From IMG/VR virus record IMGVR_UViG_3300022666_000083, positions 1 to 46,903 of that record: a stretch of 46,903 bases of DNA, one strand, 5' to 3'. Within the stretch, counting starts at the first letter, position 1, and each line of letters opens with the position of its first letter. Position numbers and translations under genes: made by a program. The notes beneath the pieces are model-generated. The model was not told where the DNA came from and did no database searches. It saw only the letters and a list, made by a program, of their open reading frames with translations. Shown one piece after another: positions 18,986 through 26,566 of this stretch. The stretch comes from a virus. Its lineage: Duplodnaviria; Caudoviricetes.

Positions 18986-21900
18986 ATGTCTCTTAGCCAT
19001 ACTCTAACTCGTATCGAGTCTTCGTTGGGCACTCTGCTGAAGGGTGGTCCGGGTAGTGGTAATGGTGAGAAGTCAGAGAAGCCAATCCCCGCCCTCCTCC
19101 TTGACACGGCTAAGACAGCTATCGAGTTTAAGACTCACCTTCTCAAGAGAATGATCAAGCGTCGGATCTCCCGTTCCGTTCACCAGCAATTGACTGCTAA
19201 GGTGGAACGACAGATGCAGCGGGTCTTGATCCCGTTCTTTAAGGAACAGGTAGAGGAGATGGCGAGTCGGTTGGAAAAGATGGATCGGAAGGAGTTGGAG
19301 GATCAACTCCAAACCAAATCGACCACCCCTCCCAAACTTCTCAACAAAATCTTCGATCCAAAAGACTGGAAAGACGAACTGGTCAATCGTCTCCTTCCGA
19401 TCATGGCCGTAGGGATGGCAAAGGCTATGGTGGGGCAGATGTTAGCAATGGGAGTAGATATAAGACAACCGAGACGGAGGAAGGACAAGACAAATCAGGT
19501 CAAAACCACCACGGCCACCGATTGGCTTAATGAAAATCCTAATGACCTAGCAGCTTGGGAGGAGTTGATTGAATCTATTGACGTCGATGGGATGTCAATA
19601 CTCACTGAACTCCCACCCCAGATGAAACGTCGGATCGCCAAGCACCTCAATGAATCGTTCTCCCAAGATTACTGGGACGGGATTAGTGCAACGACGGGTG
19701 GTAATGCTGAGACGATACTTCGGGAAGGATTGCGTGACGGTTGGTCAATAGTGGACATGGCAAAGGAGCTACGAGCATCCCTCGGTGGTGACTCTTACGC
19801 TAGGGTCCGGGCGTTCAACATTGCACGCACGGAAAGTGGAAACGCGTTGAACGGCGCTCGTAGTGGGGTGATGGACCAGTTGATGGAGGATCTTGGTGAA
19901 GAGGTTCCAGTCAAGAAGGTGTGGTTAAGTGTGCTTGGAACTACGACTCGGGACACCCATGCTAACTTAGATGGGGTGCCGGCTGACAAGAATGGTAATT
20001 GGAATCTGTCGGGGTACAGGATACCGTGGCCGGGACACGTGAGCCTACCACCGGGGGAGCGATGCAACTGCCAATGTACGCTTAGCTACGAATGGGGTAT
20101 GCGAGACGAGGATGCCCAGCGTCTGATTGAGGATTACTATGCTGGGAGTGAAGAGAAAGGTGGTCCGGGTAGTGGCAATTTTGGACATGAGGGAAGGCCG
20201 GGGAGCATCGGTGGAAGTGGTGGAGGTGGAGGTGGCTATGGTACGGGACCTGAAGCTAAAATACAGTTTGAGCAACGGGGATTGAAGCATGAAGACGTTG
20301 CAGGTTGGCGAGGAGTGAACGGCTATATTGGTAATCATGCTGTAGCGGACTACTTGGACAACCAACCAGGCATAAGTTCGTTGGTCGCTGTGAATGAAAA
20401 GGGGAAGACAGTAGGTGTGATGTCCTACCATATACAGCGGGACAATTACATCTCCCTTAATTACTTTGCTACAAATGAAACGTCAAAAGGCGTTGGGTCA
20501 AGGATGATGCAAGAGCTATGCAAGGTGGCGGTCAAGGAGGGTAAGGGTGTAAAGTTGTGGGCGGCTGATGAGGCAGTGCCGTTCTATCAGAAGATGGGTA
20601 TGGAAAGCAAAAGAGAGTTTCACTTCGCCTTCAGCCCCCAACAAGCAAAGGAGTTCGCTGAATTGGGATACCAGAAGAAAGCTGTTGATGATTTCTGGGA
20701 TGAGCTAGCAGAGTTAGAGCCCAAAAGCGGCGCCTATGCTACAAAACCAGAAGTGACAGAGAAGGGTGGTCCAGGCAGCGGTAACTTCGGACACCAAGGC
20801 AGACCAGGACACATCGGTGGATCAGGGGGAGGTGGAGGGGGAGGTAGTTTTGATGAGAACGAGTGGAAGAATAAACCAGTACCACAACGACGGGATGATT
20901 GGGCGAAGCTGCCCGTTGCAAAACGTGATAAACTAGCCGATGCTCCAAACAGTGTACCCCAAAGAGAACGAGAACATCTCAAGGGACTGCCTGAACGTCC
21001 TAGTACAGATAATCTGCAAAAGGACATCTCGACAAGGGTCGAGCATTTTGCAGATCGAGTTCATCCCGAGGCCCGTCAGAAACTCGCATCCATAACAAAG
21101 ACCTATGAAAAGGATCTGAAGGATGCTGGGGTGGATGATGACACTCGCCGTGAATTGACAATGAAGGCTTTGGAGTCTGTAGCAGCCCAAGAAATCGAAG
21201 CCTGTGGTCGTCAGTTGGGAGATCATGGGGTAGCTCATATCGAAGGGAACATACGGATTGCAAGAGCTGTGTTGGACGAGGTGCCGGGAGCTGAGACTGC
21301 CCGTGATCTGGCTATTGTATCAACGGCTATGATGTTTCATGATGCTGGCTATTTGACCAAGCCCTCCCAGATGTTTATGGATGAGGGTCATCCACGTTGG
21401 TCAGCCGAGCATTACGATGAAAATGTAAAGCCGCTGATAGTAAGGGCGTTCGGGAAACGGGATGCTTCCGAGGTGGAGCATATTATTCGTACACACGACT
21501 CGACAGATATTGATTGGGGTAACAATCCTCTAGCATCGGCCTCTAGGGTGGCTGATAATTTGGCTTTGTTCCATCAGGAGAAGACTCCTCCGTTGTTGCG
21601 TTATGTACCGGAGAACGTAGCAGCCCTCAAGAAATTGGCTAGTAAGGAAGTGTCATTGGAACAGACCCATGCCACAATGAAAAAGAACATAGATGCCAGT
21701 GATCTGCCACCGAAGATCAAGGAGCGGTTGAAAGTAGCCGTAGATGAAGTGTCTCCCATTACACCTAAGATGTCTTTGGGGATGTTGGGTGGCGAATTGT
21801 CTGGGGTGAAGTGGAACGGGACAGGGATTGATATCAAACTGAAAGAACGTCCCGAGTACACGGAGTTGAACAAGCTAGGGGATTTCGGTCAGCGACAGTT

Positions 21901-22663
21901 CGCGAAGTTCGCCGAGACCTATGGAGCAGACCCGCAGAGGTTCAAGCAGGATCTCAGTTTCGAGTTCAAGGATCGTAGTGGTAATGTGATATTACGAGCT
22001 ACACAGGAGAAGGGAAGTAAGGGATACAAGGGTGGTCCAGGTTCGGGTAACTTTGGACATCAGGGTAGGCCAGGGAGTGTTGGTGGGAGTGGGGAGGGAG
22101 GTGGAGGAGTGGATTCGATACTAGCAGATGCCATTGTCAAAGCCCGAGAATCTGGATTGACCTCTGAGGAATTGGGTGAATGTGAGAGTTCTTTTCGTCT
22201 CGTCCTCAAGTCTCTTTCGTTTTCCAAGGGTCTGCAAGATAGGGTACGAGAGGGTGTGAAAGAGATAGAATTTGTGAAAGATCATGTAGCACTCGGGGCT
22301 ATCGCATCAAAACACTCGTTGGAAAGTATATCTGGTCCAGTAGGTGGAATGTATCTGCCACCGGGTAGATTGATCTTAGCTCCAGGCAGTCGGAGGGGGA
22401 TACCTAGTAATGCTGTTTATGCCCATGAGATAGGGCATGCTATAGATTCAGGTGGAAAAGACAAGTTTTCGGAGTCTGCTGCATGGAAGGACGCCTATAC
22501 TAAAGATCATGTTTGGGAAGGAAGATTGGGCAAATATGCGAAGAAGAGTGAGAGTGAGGGATTTGCTGAGTTCTGTCGTTATCTGCATACGGAAGGCGTA
22601 GAATCAGTAAAGCAGACTGCTCCTAATTGCTGGAAGGCTTTTCATAGGAGGTTCGTTAAGTGA
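18986..22663 (+). CDS. MuF (SPP1 gp7-like) head morphogenesis polyprotein with GNAT, HD and zincin metallopeptidase modules
   Basis: MuF motifs RAFNIARTE, KKVWLS, TRDTHANLDG and ERCNCQC; GNAT KGVGSRMM...AVPFYQKMG; HD DHGVAH...FHDAGY...THD...ADNL; zincin HEIGH...EGFAE. Modules are separated by KGGPGSGNFGHxGRPG. Confidence 0.85.
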   Translation: MSLSHTLTRIESSLGTLLKGGPGSGNGEKSEKPIPALLLDTAKTAIEFKTHLLKRMIKRRISRSVHQQLTAKVERQMQRVLIPFFKEQVEEMASRLEKMDRKELEDQLQTKSTTPPKLLNKIFDPKDWKDELVNRLLPIMAVGMAKAMVGQMLAMGVDIRQPRRRKDKTNQVKTTTATDWLNENPNDLAAWEELIESIDVDGMSILTELPPQMKRRIAKHLNESFSQDYWDGISATTGGNAETILREGLRDGWSIVDMAKELRASLGGDSYARVRAFNIARTESGNALNGARSGVMDQLMEDLGEEVPVKKVWLSVLGTTTRDTHANLDGVPADKNGNWNLSGYRIPWPGHVSLPPGERCNCQCTLSYEWGMRDEDAQRLIEDYYAGSEEKGGPGSGNFGHEGRPGSIGGSGGGGGGYGTGPEAKIQFEQRGLKHEDVAGWRGVNGYIGNHAVADYLDNQPGISSLVAVNEKGKTVGVMSYHIQRDNYISLNYFATNETSKGVGSRMMQELCKVAVKEGKGVKLWAADEAVPFYQKMGMESKREFHFAFSPQQAKEFAELGYQKKAVDDFWDELAELEPKSGAYATKPEVTEKGGPGSGNFGHQGRPGHIGGSGGGGGGGSFDENEWKNKPVPQRRDDWAKLPVAKRDKLADAPNSVPQREREHLKGLPERPSTDNLQKDISTRVEHFADRVHPEARQKLASITKTYEKDLKDAGVDDDTRRELTMKALESVAAQEIEACGRQLGDHGVAHIEGNIRIARAVLDEVPGAETARDLAIVSTAMMFHDAGYLTKPSQMFMDEGHPRWSAEHYDENVKPLIVRAFGKRDASEVEHIIRTHDSTDIDWGNNPLASASRVADNLALFHQEKTPPLLRYVPENVAALKKLASKEVSLEQTHATMKKNIDASDLPPKIKERLKVAVDEVSPITPKMSLGMLGGELSGVKWNGTGIDIKLKERPEYTELNKLGDFGQRQFAKFAETYGADPQRFKQDLSFEFKDRSGNVILRATQEKGSKGYKGGPGSGNFGHQGRPGSVGGSGEGGGGVDSILADAIVKARESGLTSEELGECESSFRLVLKSLSFSKGLQDRVREGVKEIEFVKDHVALGAIASKHSLESISGPVGGMYLPPGRLILAPGSRRGIPSNAVYAHEIGHAIDSGGKDKFSESAAWKDAYTKDHVWEGRLGKYAKKSESEGFAEFCRYLHTEGVESVKQTAPNCWKAFHRRFVK

Positions 22664-22779
22664 AATTAGTTGAGTTGTTTGAGGATGTTGTTGTAGCAGA
22701 TGATGGCATGATAATCGATGTACTAGTTTCAGAGGCAGAGGACGAAGAACCAGGAGAGAACAAAAATGGTGAGTCCTAA
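22660..22779 (+). CDS. 39-aa acidic peptide, not in the ORF track
   Basis: AGGAGG at 22646-22651; GTG overlaps the MuF stop; MKLVELFEDVVVADDGMIIDVLVSEAEDEEPGENKNGES*. Confidence 0.55.
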   Translation: MKLVELFEDVVVADDGMIIDVLVSEAEDEEPGENKNGES

Positions 22780-23083
22780 CGGTCGTCCAGACATCTTGAA
22801 AAAGAGCGATCCTGACTTGATCGCCCTATCACTGTCGGTAGAGACGCGGTTTAAGGATCTGCTGGGCTCCTACCTCAGGATCAGGGGAGTGGAGCTTATC
22901 CCACCCAAATCACTAGACCAAGATATGCTACGATGGCGGGAGATGGCGGTTCGTCATCGTAATGGTGATCTCCGAAATACAGATGCTGAGAAGAAGTCCG
23001 TCCGGGCGATTGCTGAGTGGACAATCCGAGTCAACTGTGAGTTGCGTAATCAATCACCCAAAGTGATCGTGTGGAAGGACTGA
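22766..23083 (+). CDS. hypothetical protein
   Basis: AGGAGAG RBS; 105-aa ORF. Confidence 0.6.
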   Translation: MVSPNGRPDILKKSDPDLIALSLSVETRFKDLLGSYLRIRGVELIPPKSLDQDMLRWREMAVRHRNGDLRNTDAEKKSVRAIAEWTIRVNCELRNQSPKVIVWKD

Positions 23084-23198
23084 TAGGTGAGGCCAAGTCA
23101 TAGATATCGTAAGCGTTCTCGTCGGGCAGGTAAGAAACGAAACCTGTCTCGAAAAGCACTTCACAAGAAACGACTTCGGAAGCAAAGGAGGACAGAAA

Positions 23199-23447
23199 AT
23201 GGAGTGGGCCATCTTCGCCGTCGGACTGTTTCTAGGATTGATAATCGGGGGAGCTACTCGTCAACAAGTACAAGAGAAGAGGCTGTTGGATAGGTTACAC
23301 GATACAATGAAGGGCTTGCCGGCCAATGAATCGTATTGCTTGTCTTTCAACATCTATCATTCTAAGGACGAAGGGGATGATGGGGATGACGAAGAGGATG
23401 CCCCGAGCCCTTTCGACCTGAAGAATCATAGGGAGATCTTGAATTGA
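23199..23447 (+). CDS. small N-terminal TM protein with acidic tail
   Basis: AGGAGG RBS; MEWAIFAVGLFLGLIIGG; DEGDDGDDEED. Confidence 0.65.
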   Translation: MEWAIFAVGLFLGLIIGGATRQQVQEKRLLDRLHDTMKGLPANESYCLSFNIYHSKDEGDDGDDEEDAPSPFDLKNHREILN

Positions 23448-24190
23448 CAATCTCAGAGATGTTAGCGGACACGACACGGATCACGTTGCAATTAAGCAAT
23501 ATGTGTCCGTTCGCTCATCTCCATCCTCGTTGCGCTGCACATGAATTGGCAAAGGGTCCTCGACAGATACTTCCCTCAGCTACAGTGATAGATGTATTGG
23601 ATACCCTCCATGAAGAATGGGACCCTGAGAGACCATTGACTTTGGCTTGGCATGTTTACAACGAACCGGGGATCGACCCTCGATTGGTTCATTTTTGGAA
23701 AGAGGCTAAGAAACGACTACCCTTTGCTAAGATTCTGTTTTGGACGAACGCTTGGTACTTGACCCCCGAGTTTGCAAAGGAGTTGGTTAGCTACGGGATG
23801 GATATGCTAGTGACTAGCCCCTACTTCCCAGGTGAGCGAGAGCGTCAGAGTGGAATTGGGGAAGAGGTGACTCAGCATGGATGTAGGTACAGACAGACCG
23901 CCGGCCGGTTTGGTGATCGGATGAAGTGGTATCTTGGGCCAAAGCCCGAGATGTACATGAGTTGTTCTGCCCCGCTGAATGATTTGACAATCCGGGCGTC
24001 GGGATACATAGGGCTGTGTTGTATTGATGGGATGGAGGAGGTCAAGTTTGCAAACGTTAATCAACTGGGATTCAGGAAGGCTTTGACGGAGTCATGGCCT
24101 GAAATGAAAAAGATACAGACGCAGCTTATGAACCGCCAACGGGAGTTGAAGTTCTGCAAAGTTTGTGTAAGAGGAAGGAAACCCAGATGA
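23444..24190 (+). CDS. radical SAM-like protein with SPASM/twitch C-terminus and atypical cluster motif
   Basis: LQLSNMCPFAHLHPRC, YNEP, WTNA, CSAP...IRASGYIGLCCID and FCKVC. Confidence 0.65.
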   Translation: MTISEMLADTTRITLQLSNMCPFAHLHPRCAAHELAKGPRQILPSATVIDVLDTLHEEWDPERPLTLAWHVYNEPGIDPRLVHFWKEAKKRLPFAKILFWTNAWYLTPEFAKELVSYGMDMLVTSPYFPGERERQSGIGEEVTQHGCRYRQTAGRFGDRMKWYLGPKPEMYMSCSAPLNDLTIRASGYIGLCCIDGMEEVKFANVNQLGFRKALTESWPEMKKIQTQLMNRQRELKFCKVCVRGRKPR

Positions 24191-25161
24191 GCTTGATAAA
24201 GCAGCTTGACCGAATTGAAATCGCCCTCGACAAACTAGTCAAGGGCGGTTCTGGTTCGGGCAATTTCGGACATAGCGGTAGATCTGGTAAGGTGGGAGGA
24301 GCTGGGGATGGAACATGGGGAACGGGTCAAGAAGCATTAGCCCAAACAAAGCGTGATAAAGAGGGAAAGCTGCACCTGGCGGACGGAAGCCCGTTGCCGT
24401 CACATATCAAGTACATCCCACCGGCTTGGAAGAACGTGCTAGTTGCCCGCCATCCCGACGCTGATTTGTTGGCGAAGGGAATTGATGCAAAAGGTCGGGT
24501 CCAGAGTCTATACTCTGACAATCACAAGACTCGACAGGCGGCTGTGAAGTTTTCTAGAGTTAACGAACTTCGTGGGGAATTGGATCGGATCAAAAGGGAA
24601 GTGGATAGTGATGTTCATAGCAAGGATCGGGAAACAGCCGAGAATGCAGCTGCCCTTCGATTGATAATCCATACCGGGATTCGACCGGGTGGGGAGGGAA
24701 ACACACTGGCCGATAAGAAGGCCTATGGTTGCACGACCCTGGAGGGGCGACACGTAAAGGAAGTGTGGGGGAAGGTGCGATTGAGATTTGTTGGCAAGAA
24801 GGGAGTGAAGTTAGACATCCCGGTCGAGGATAAAACGATTGCTGCCGATTTGTTGAAAAGGAGGGATACGGCGGGTGATAAAGGTCGTTTGTTTGATACA
24901 GATGCAAACCGATTGAGTGGTTACACCCACTCAAAGGATGGCGGGGGATTCAAGACCAAAGATTTCAGGACAGCTGTGGGAACCAACACGGCTATTGAGG
25001 TGATGAAAAAGTTCAAGACGCCCACGGACGAAAAGAGCTACAAGAAGACAGTTCGTGAGGTCGCTAAGGAGGTAGCGGAGCGACTGGGGAACACTCCAAC
25101 TGTGGCGCTACAGAGTTATATTGATCCGAGTGTGTTCTCGAAGTGGAGGAAGGGACTATGA
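24187..25161 (+). CDS. DNA topoisomerase IB (bacterial/poxvirus type) with shared leader and tag
   Basis: IPPAW, GIDAKGRVQSLY, GIRPG, YGCTTL, FVGKKG, KDFRT and LGNTPTVALQSYI (catalytic R/K/R/N/Y); N-terminus MSLIKQLDRIEIALDKLVK-GGSGSGNFGHSGR. Confidence 0.9.
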   Translation: MSLIKQLDRIEIALDKLVKGGSGSGNFGHSGRSGKVGGAGDGTWGTGQEALAQTKRDKEGKLHLADGSPLPSHIKYIPPAWKNVLVARHPDADLLAKGIDAKGRVQSLYSDNHKTRQAAVKFSRVNELRGELDRIKREVDSDVHSKDRETAENAAALRLIIHTGIRPGGEGNTLADKKAYGCTTLEGRHVKEVWGKVRLRFVGKKGVKLDIPVEDKTIAADLLKRRDTAGDKGRLFDTDANRLSGYTHSKDGGGFKTKDFRTAVGTNTAIEVMKKFKTPTDEKSYKKTVREVAKEVAERLGNTPTVALQSYIDPSVFSKWRKGL

Positions 25162-25328
25162 CGGCAATTGTTGGACAGGATAGTGACATCCATTTCGGTG
25201 ATGTTGATAATCCACTTCCAGATTGGCGTAAAGAGGGAATCAATGAGATTGATTCCGATGATGAGGAGTTGTCCGAAACTCCTCCTGATGTGATTGCTAT
25301 GTTGGGATTTGATCCATTGGAGGAGTGA
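25158..25328 (+). CDS. small acidic protein coupled to topoisomerase IB
   Basis: ATGA overlap; EIDSDDEELSETPPDVIAMLGFDPLEE. Confidence 0.7.
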   Translation: MTAIVGQDSDIHFGDVDNPLPDWRKEGINEIDSDDEELSETPPDVIAMLGFDPLEE

Positions 25329-25329
25329 G

Positions 25330-25548
25330 ATGGCTCAGATAGCCGAAGTTCATTGCACCAAGATTAGATTCGAGCCAGGGGATCGTGTGCTGGTCCGTTG
25401 TGCCAGGCCATTGAATCAGCAACAGCGGGAGAAGATCAAGGCTACTATCCAGCATTGGGCTGGAGTGCAGATTGAGGTACTTGTTTTTAGTGAGTGTGAC
25501 TACGAAGTAACAATAGAGAACAACAATGACACAATCATCAGGCCCTAA
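25330..25548 (+). CDS. hypothetical protein
   Basis: GGAGGAG RBS; KIRFEPGDRVLV. Confidence 0.6.
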   Translation: MAQIAEVHCTKIRFEPGDRVLVRCARPLNQQQREKIKATIQHWAGVQIEVLVFSECDYEVTIENNNDTIIRP

Positions 25549-25789
25549 TGGCTATCGTGAGATACTAACGGATGATGAGTCATTGGCTTTGTTTTTGAGG
25601 TCAATGGCTGAGTTTGATCGTCGGTTCTGTGATGCAATGACCGACGGAGGGGAGTTCACCTTGAAGATTGAGGTGCATGGCAATAAGGGAGAGTTGATTC
25701 ATGCCAGTACTTCGGGTATAGTATTCCGACGTCCTAGGGGAGTTGAGGCACGGGTTGAAAAGAAAAAGAGGACAGAAAAATCACTATAG
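25526..25789 (+). CDS. hypothetical protein
   Basis: 87-aa ORF packed between neighbours. Confidence 0.6.
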   Translation: MTQSSGPNGYREILTDDESLALFLRSMAEFDRRFCDAMTDGGEFTLKIEVHGNKGELIHASTSGIVFRRPRGVEARVEKKKRTEKSL

Positions 25790-25815
25790 GTAGAATCTGG
25801 TGTCTCGGGTATATT
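25777..25815 (+). promoter_or_regulatory. putative phage promoter, copy 2 (AAAATCACTATAGG-N17-GGTATATT)
   Basis: Matches 3251-3289 in both boxes and in spacing; precedes the head/tail operon. Confidence 0.55.
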
Positions 25816-25847
25816 TAGGGGAACAAGCATCCAAGTATCCGAAACGG

Positions 25848-25893
25848 GACCGCGGTGCTCGGTGAAAATCGAATATCGTGGTCTTTTTTGTTT
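25848..25893 (+). terminator. intrinsic terminator / attenuator
   Basis: GACCGCGGTGCTCGGT-GAAA-ATCGAATATCGTGGTC stem with G-U pairs and a GNRA loop, followed by TTTTTTGTTT. Confidence 0.7.
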
Positions 25894-25904
25894 GGAGACC
25901 TGGA

Positions 25905-26555
25905 ATGAGTAAACTAGTTACGTTCTACCTTGGACCGGCAGTGGGCTTGACTGCCCGTCGTCTTGTTGTTCGTCGTGCTCATCGTGCTGGCGACGATTAC
26001 GACCTTCCCGCTGCTCAGTACGTGGGGACGCTGGCTGGTACGGCCGAGTCGGCTACAGTCACGCTGACCGACAATACGTTGTATCAGGCCACATTGAAGG
26101 ACTACAAGACTACCGGCGAAGAGAGTCGGGTCGACGTCTTGAACTTCCACACTGGTTCCCTTCAGTTCCCGGGACCAAAGTCTGGTGACAGATTGGCCAT
26201 CTACTCAATGGAGGACGAAAGCTCCTCGAGTTCGGTTAGTAGCTCGTCGAGCAGCTCGTCTAGTATTAGTACAAGCAGCTCGTCCAGCAGCCACTCAAGT
26301 TCGTCCGAGAGTAGCTTGTCCAGCAGTAGCTCCAGTAGTTCGATCTCGACCAGCTCGATCTCGACCAGCAGCAGCTCCAGTAGCTCGGTGTCGACTAGCA
26401 GTGTGTCGAGTAGCTCTAGCTCGGTATCGACCAGTAGCAGCTCGGCCAGCTCGGCCAGCTCGGCCAGCAGTGTTTCTAGTTCATCGAGCAGCTCGTCTAG
26501 CAGCAGCTCGTCGAGCCAATCTGTAAGTGAATCCAGCAGCTCCAGTGGTATGTAA
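25905..26555 (+). CDS. beta-domain protein with about 110-aa poly-Ser tail (paralog A)
   Basis: MSKLVTFYLGPAVGLTARRLV...LQFPGPK followed by a Ser/Thr/Val tract. Confidence 0.8.
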   Translation: MSKLVTFYLGPAVGLTARRLVVRRAHRAGDDYDLPAAQYVGTLAGTAESATVTLTDNTLYQATLKDYKTTGEESRVDVLNFHTGSLQFPGPKSGDRLAIYSMEDESSSSSVSSSSSSSSSISTSSSSSSHSSSSESSLSSSSSSSSISTSSISTSSSSSSSVSTSSVSSSSSSVSTSSSSASSASSASSVSSSSSSSSSSSSSSQSVSESSSSSGM

Positions 26556-26566
26556 GGGGTGACGAA

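Noticed and set aside
20156-22110. Repeated GGPGSGNFGH units as possible DGR template/variable repeats or intein/mobile-element ends
   Set aside because: Differences between copies are mostly synonymous and not adenine-specific, and no reverse transcriptase, intein motifs or transposase are visible.
25820-25860. CCGAAACGGGAC reminiscent of a c-di-GMP-I riboswitch
   Set aside because: The GCAAA and second-stem elements are not recognisable; a terminator explains the region. An Rfam search would settle it.
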